DNA of 64,000 nucleotides from NCBI GenBank assembly GCA_965235115.1, contig OZ249446.1:13950001-14014000 (forward strand), in the 5' to 3' direction. The notes beneath the pieces are model-generated. The model did not search any database and was not told the DNA's origin. It worked only from the letters and a program-made list of their open reading frames with translations. The translations under genes and the position numbers were made by a program. This document shows, one piece after another, positions 61,091 through 64,000 of the stretch. The stretch comes from Laetmonice hystrix (taxonomy: Eukaryota). Position 1 is the stretch's first letter; every line of letters begins with the position of its first letter.

Positions 61091-64000
61091 CTTTGGGCGA
61101 AGAATCTTTTGACCCGAAAGGGCTTCCACAACCTGGATTCTGCATTGCTCGATTATAGCAACTTTTCGATTACACATCTGTACCTCCCTCCATAATACCG
61201 GTAGTTGAGTGACAGGACATCACTTGTCATCGTCTATGGTACGACACGAGAAATAAAGTGTTTTCATCGAAGTTTTCCTGACTGAATCCAGTCCTGTCTC
61301 CACAACAGTGAACTGATTCTTTATGCAGACGAACCGAACATACATATGCATGGCAACAACATAATCACATTGGAAACTTCCGCCAACTGTCCGTTAAAAT
61401 ATTCGGTCTGTGTGTGAGACACGACATCGTCACGTTCCCAGTAATCCGACGTGTCACTCCCGCTAAACGTGCCATGTTAGGTCAAACTCCGACTGAAATC
61501 TAAAACTGGAGGATGTCCGGCCGAACTCCTACATCATAACGGTAAAGAATAGAACCTCACAGGTTATCAAGTCTAGGATACATTACGTACCAAGGTTTGG
61601 AGATCAGCTGTTTGTATTAGTAGGATTCCCATACACTAAAGGACGCCCAGAGCTTTATACTATATAGGAGTCTCTTTTCAGGGCGGGGAGGAGTCTCCTC
61701 CTCCTCCTCCTCCTCCTCCTCCTAAAAAAAAAAAATAATAAAAAATAAAAAGATATCTTATTACCATTGAACGTTTTACTCCTGAGTCCATCCACAGCCA
61801 GCGGAAGGCAAGAGTCTATCCCAATAGGCCTGGACCCGTTAGAAGACATACTCATCGTGACCTTTAATTCAGGTTTGAGAGTTCAGTGCAGTCGATCTTG
61901 TTGACGCAGGTAATAAATGGCAAAGTGTGTGCCGGTCCATTAATTTGGGCGTATAATACCTAGCAAGTTGGCACTGCCAGGAGGTCAGGCCATGACAGCA
62001 CATTGACTCCTTGACCCACATATCAACCGGCCCGGACCGCCACACCTGGATCCATACCAAACTCTTACATCGGTCTAATGACTTCTGTCATTGAAATCCG
62101 ATTACTACAAGTGAATGTGTGAACCTTATTGTCCGGTCCTCACCCCGACTTAACTCCACCCTAATACAGATTCTATACCCCCTGCCCTCCTCCTACAGAT
62201 ACCGACACAACACTTCACTTGGAAAAACAAACTCAAGGATTTTCAAGCATTAAATGTGTCATGAATGTCATGTATATATTTCACATTGCTGTACATGGGA
62301 ACAAGAGCGTAAAAATACCCCCTCCCCCCAAAAATGCTGCAGTCCTATACAATTTACATAACAGACATAAGATGTAGAATAGGCCATAACTTGGCTCATA
62401 TCTCGACTCTGGGCCTTAATGTAAACTAAGCCCCCCCCCCCCCTCATCCCCTCATATATAGCCTGTCCGCTATTTATACATTTATCTGGCATTTATCTAG
62501 TGCATGCACACCGTGCCCTGATCTGGTGGCCCATCGAAAGTAGGACAAGACTATCCAAGTACGGGTAGCAACCAGAGCAAGATCTCAGGGCAAACTTGTA
62601 TAAAATTCAACTCCATACGTCTGTACACGGCACAGGTATACATACATACCTACATATAGCATATGGAATGTACGATCGCGGTCAGAGTATTAGCATACCT
62701 GGCGGGGAATCACGTTGAATGGCGGTCAATGGCCCATATGATTCAAGTTCCCTTGAAGGCAGGGTGGGGGTCGGGGTAGCATATGAATGGAACGGTAGGG
62801 ATTAACTATTCCCCCCACCCGCACCCCCACCCCCACCTCCACATGGACTACTGCCAGCGTGGCTACAGCTGATGATGGTGCAGTTCTTGTACCAGTCCAC
62901 GTTTACCAACTCCAGTCTGCCACCAGAAAAACATATACACCAACTCTCCCCCAACCCTACCCCCTTTCTGTCCATCCAACTTGTACCGCTTGTCTTCCGG
63001 TACCAGGGGTACACACCCCCCTAATCAGGTTTCTCTAACCACCAGGCCAACCCTGAGCCGGGTAAATATACACGAGCACTGATATATGGCAGGGATATAG
63101 TATCTGTGTTGGTGGCCTTCTTCACTGATATTGCTCCTAAAGGTAGTTTTATTTCGTGCTGGCAGTGACCATACTCGGGCTGTTACAGGGCACGACATGC
63201 ATTCCTTCCTATGTCGTGTGCTGGCCTGTCTCCGCGCCAACCTCCTAAACACACCTCCCCACCGTGAGAGCTCCAAACGTCCCCTGCCAAAACCGACCAC
63301 CATGCATGCAGGCCCAAACTCAGATGACCCCACAACCCATACTGGTGACACACACCCGACACACACCCAACACACACACACACTGATGGTAAAGTCAGAA
63401 GTTGGTATACATACTCCGGTTGAACCCACCTTTCTGAAGCGGTTTTGGTTTTGGTAACGTGGTGGTAGAGGTGTAGCGTTCATCATGATATAATACTATG
63501 GTCGTGTCGGCGACCAGTCCCAGATACTGCCGCCGAGTCGGGGACACGTCACAAATCGTCGTCAGTGGCTACGTGCACCACCACCACCACCACCACCGAG
63601 CACCGCTAGGGACGTCACGGTACTGGTAGCGGGCGTGGGGGGGCCGGGGGGCCGGGGGGAGTGAGGGGGGAGCCCTGAGAGAGAGAGTTTACTCGGGACA
63701 CGGGCCAGCGACCGAGTGCTGCTATAACGTCTGGCGGTTCAAGTGAGAGTAGCGTTGAGAGAGTCCAATAAAACACCACAAGTCTGCTCTCTCTCACTCC
63801 CCGACAGACGGCCCGGCCACCATTGCCATGTCTGGTCCATGGCCCACAGCAAGCCTCAGTGAACATAGTGCAAAGTGCACACATGTATACACACATATAT
63901 ATATATGTACGATACAATACATACTGTAGTATAATACATACTGTAGTGTAGAGACATACTGATCCACTGCACTAACTCGTTTGGCAGAATGAATTCAAGG

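Overview
This is animal genomic DNA (probably an invertebrate; species not determinable), not prokaryotic. One large minus-strand gene occupies most of the window: an RBMS/MSSP-family (Drosophila alan shepard/shep-like) double-RRM RNA-binding protein. Splice signals and translation give 11 coding exons that join in frame (54575-54586, 43222-43263, 26278-26444, 20394-20452, 15529-15620, 5804-6023, 5473-5561, 3943-3986, 2177-2230, 1145-1301, 724-828; 1041 nt, 347 codons). The C-terminal exon(s) probably lie left of the window. The introns and upstream region hold about 10 kb of minisatellites (16-137 bp units), three MITE-like elements, SINE fragments and clustered CTCF-like motifs. Most ORFs in the supplied track are intronic noise or repeat artefacts. 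The strongest second-look signal is the 42-nt exon at 43222-43263. It begins with GTAAGT, so splicing it to the MSTE exon would rebuild the same GAG|GTAAGT donor, which is the architecture of an in-frame recursive-splicing exon. The start-codon exon also has three alternative donors with different translational outcomes. No CRISPR, rRNA or intact tRNA was found. All calls were made by eye, without database searches.
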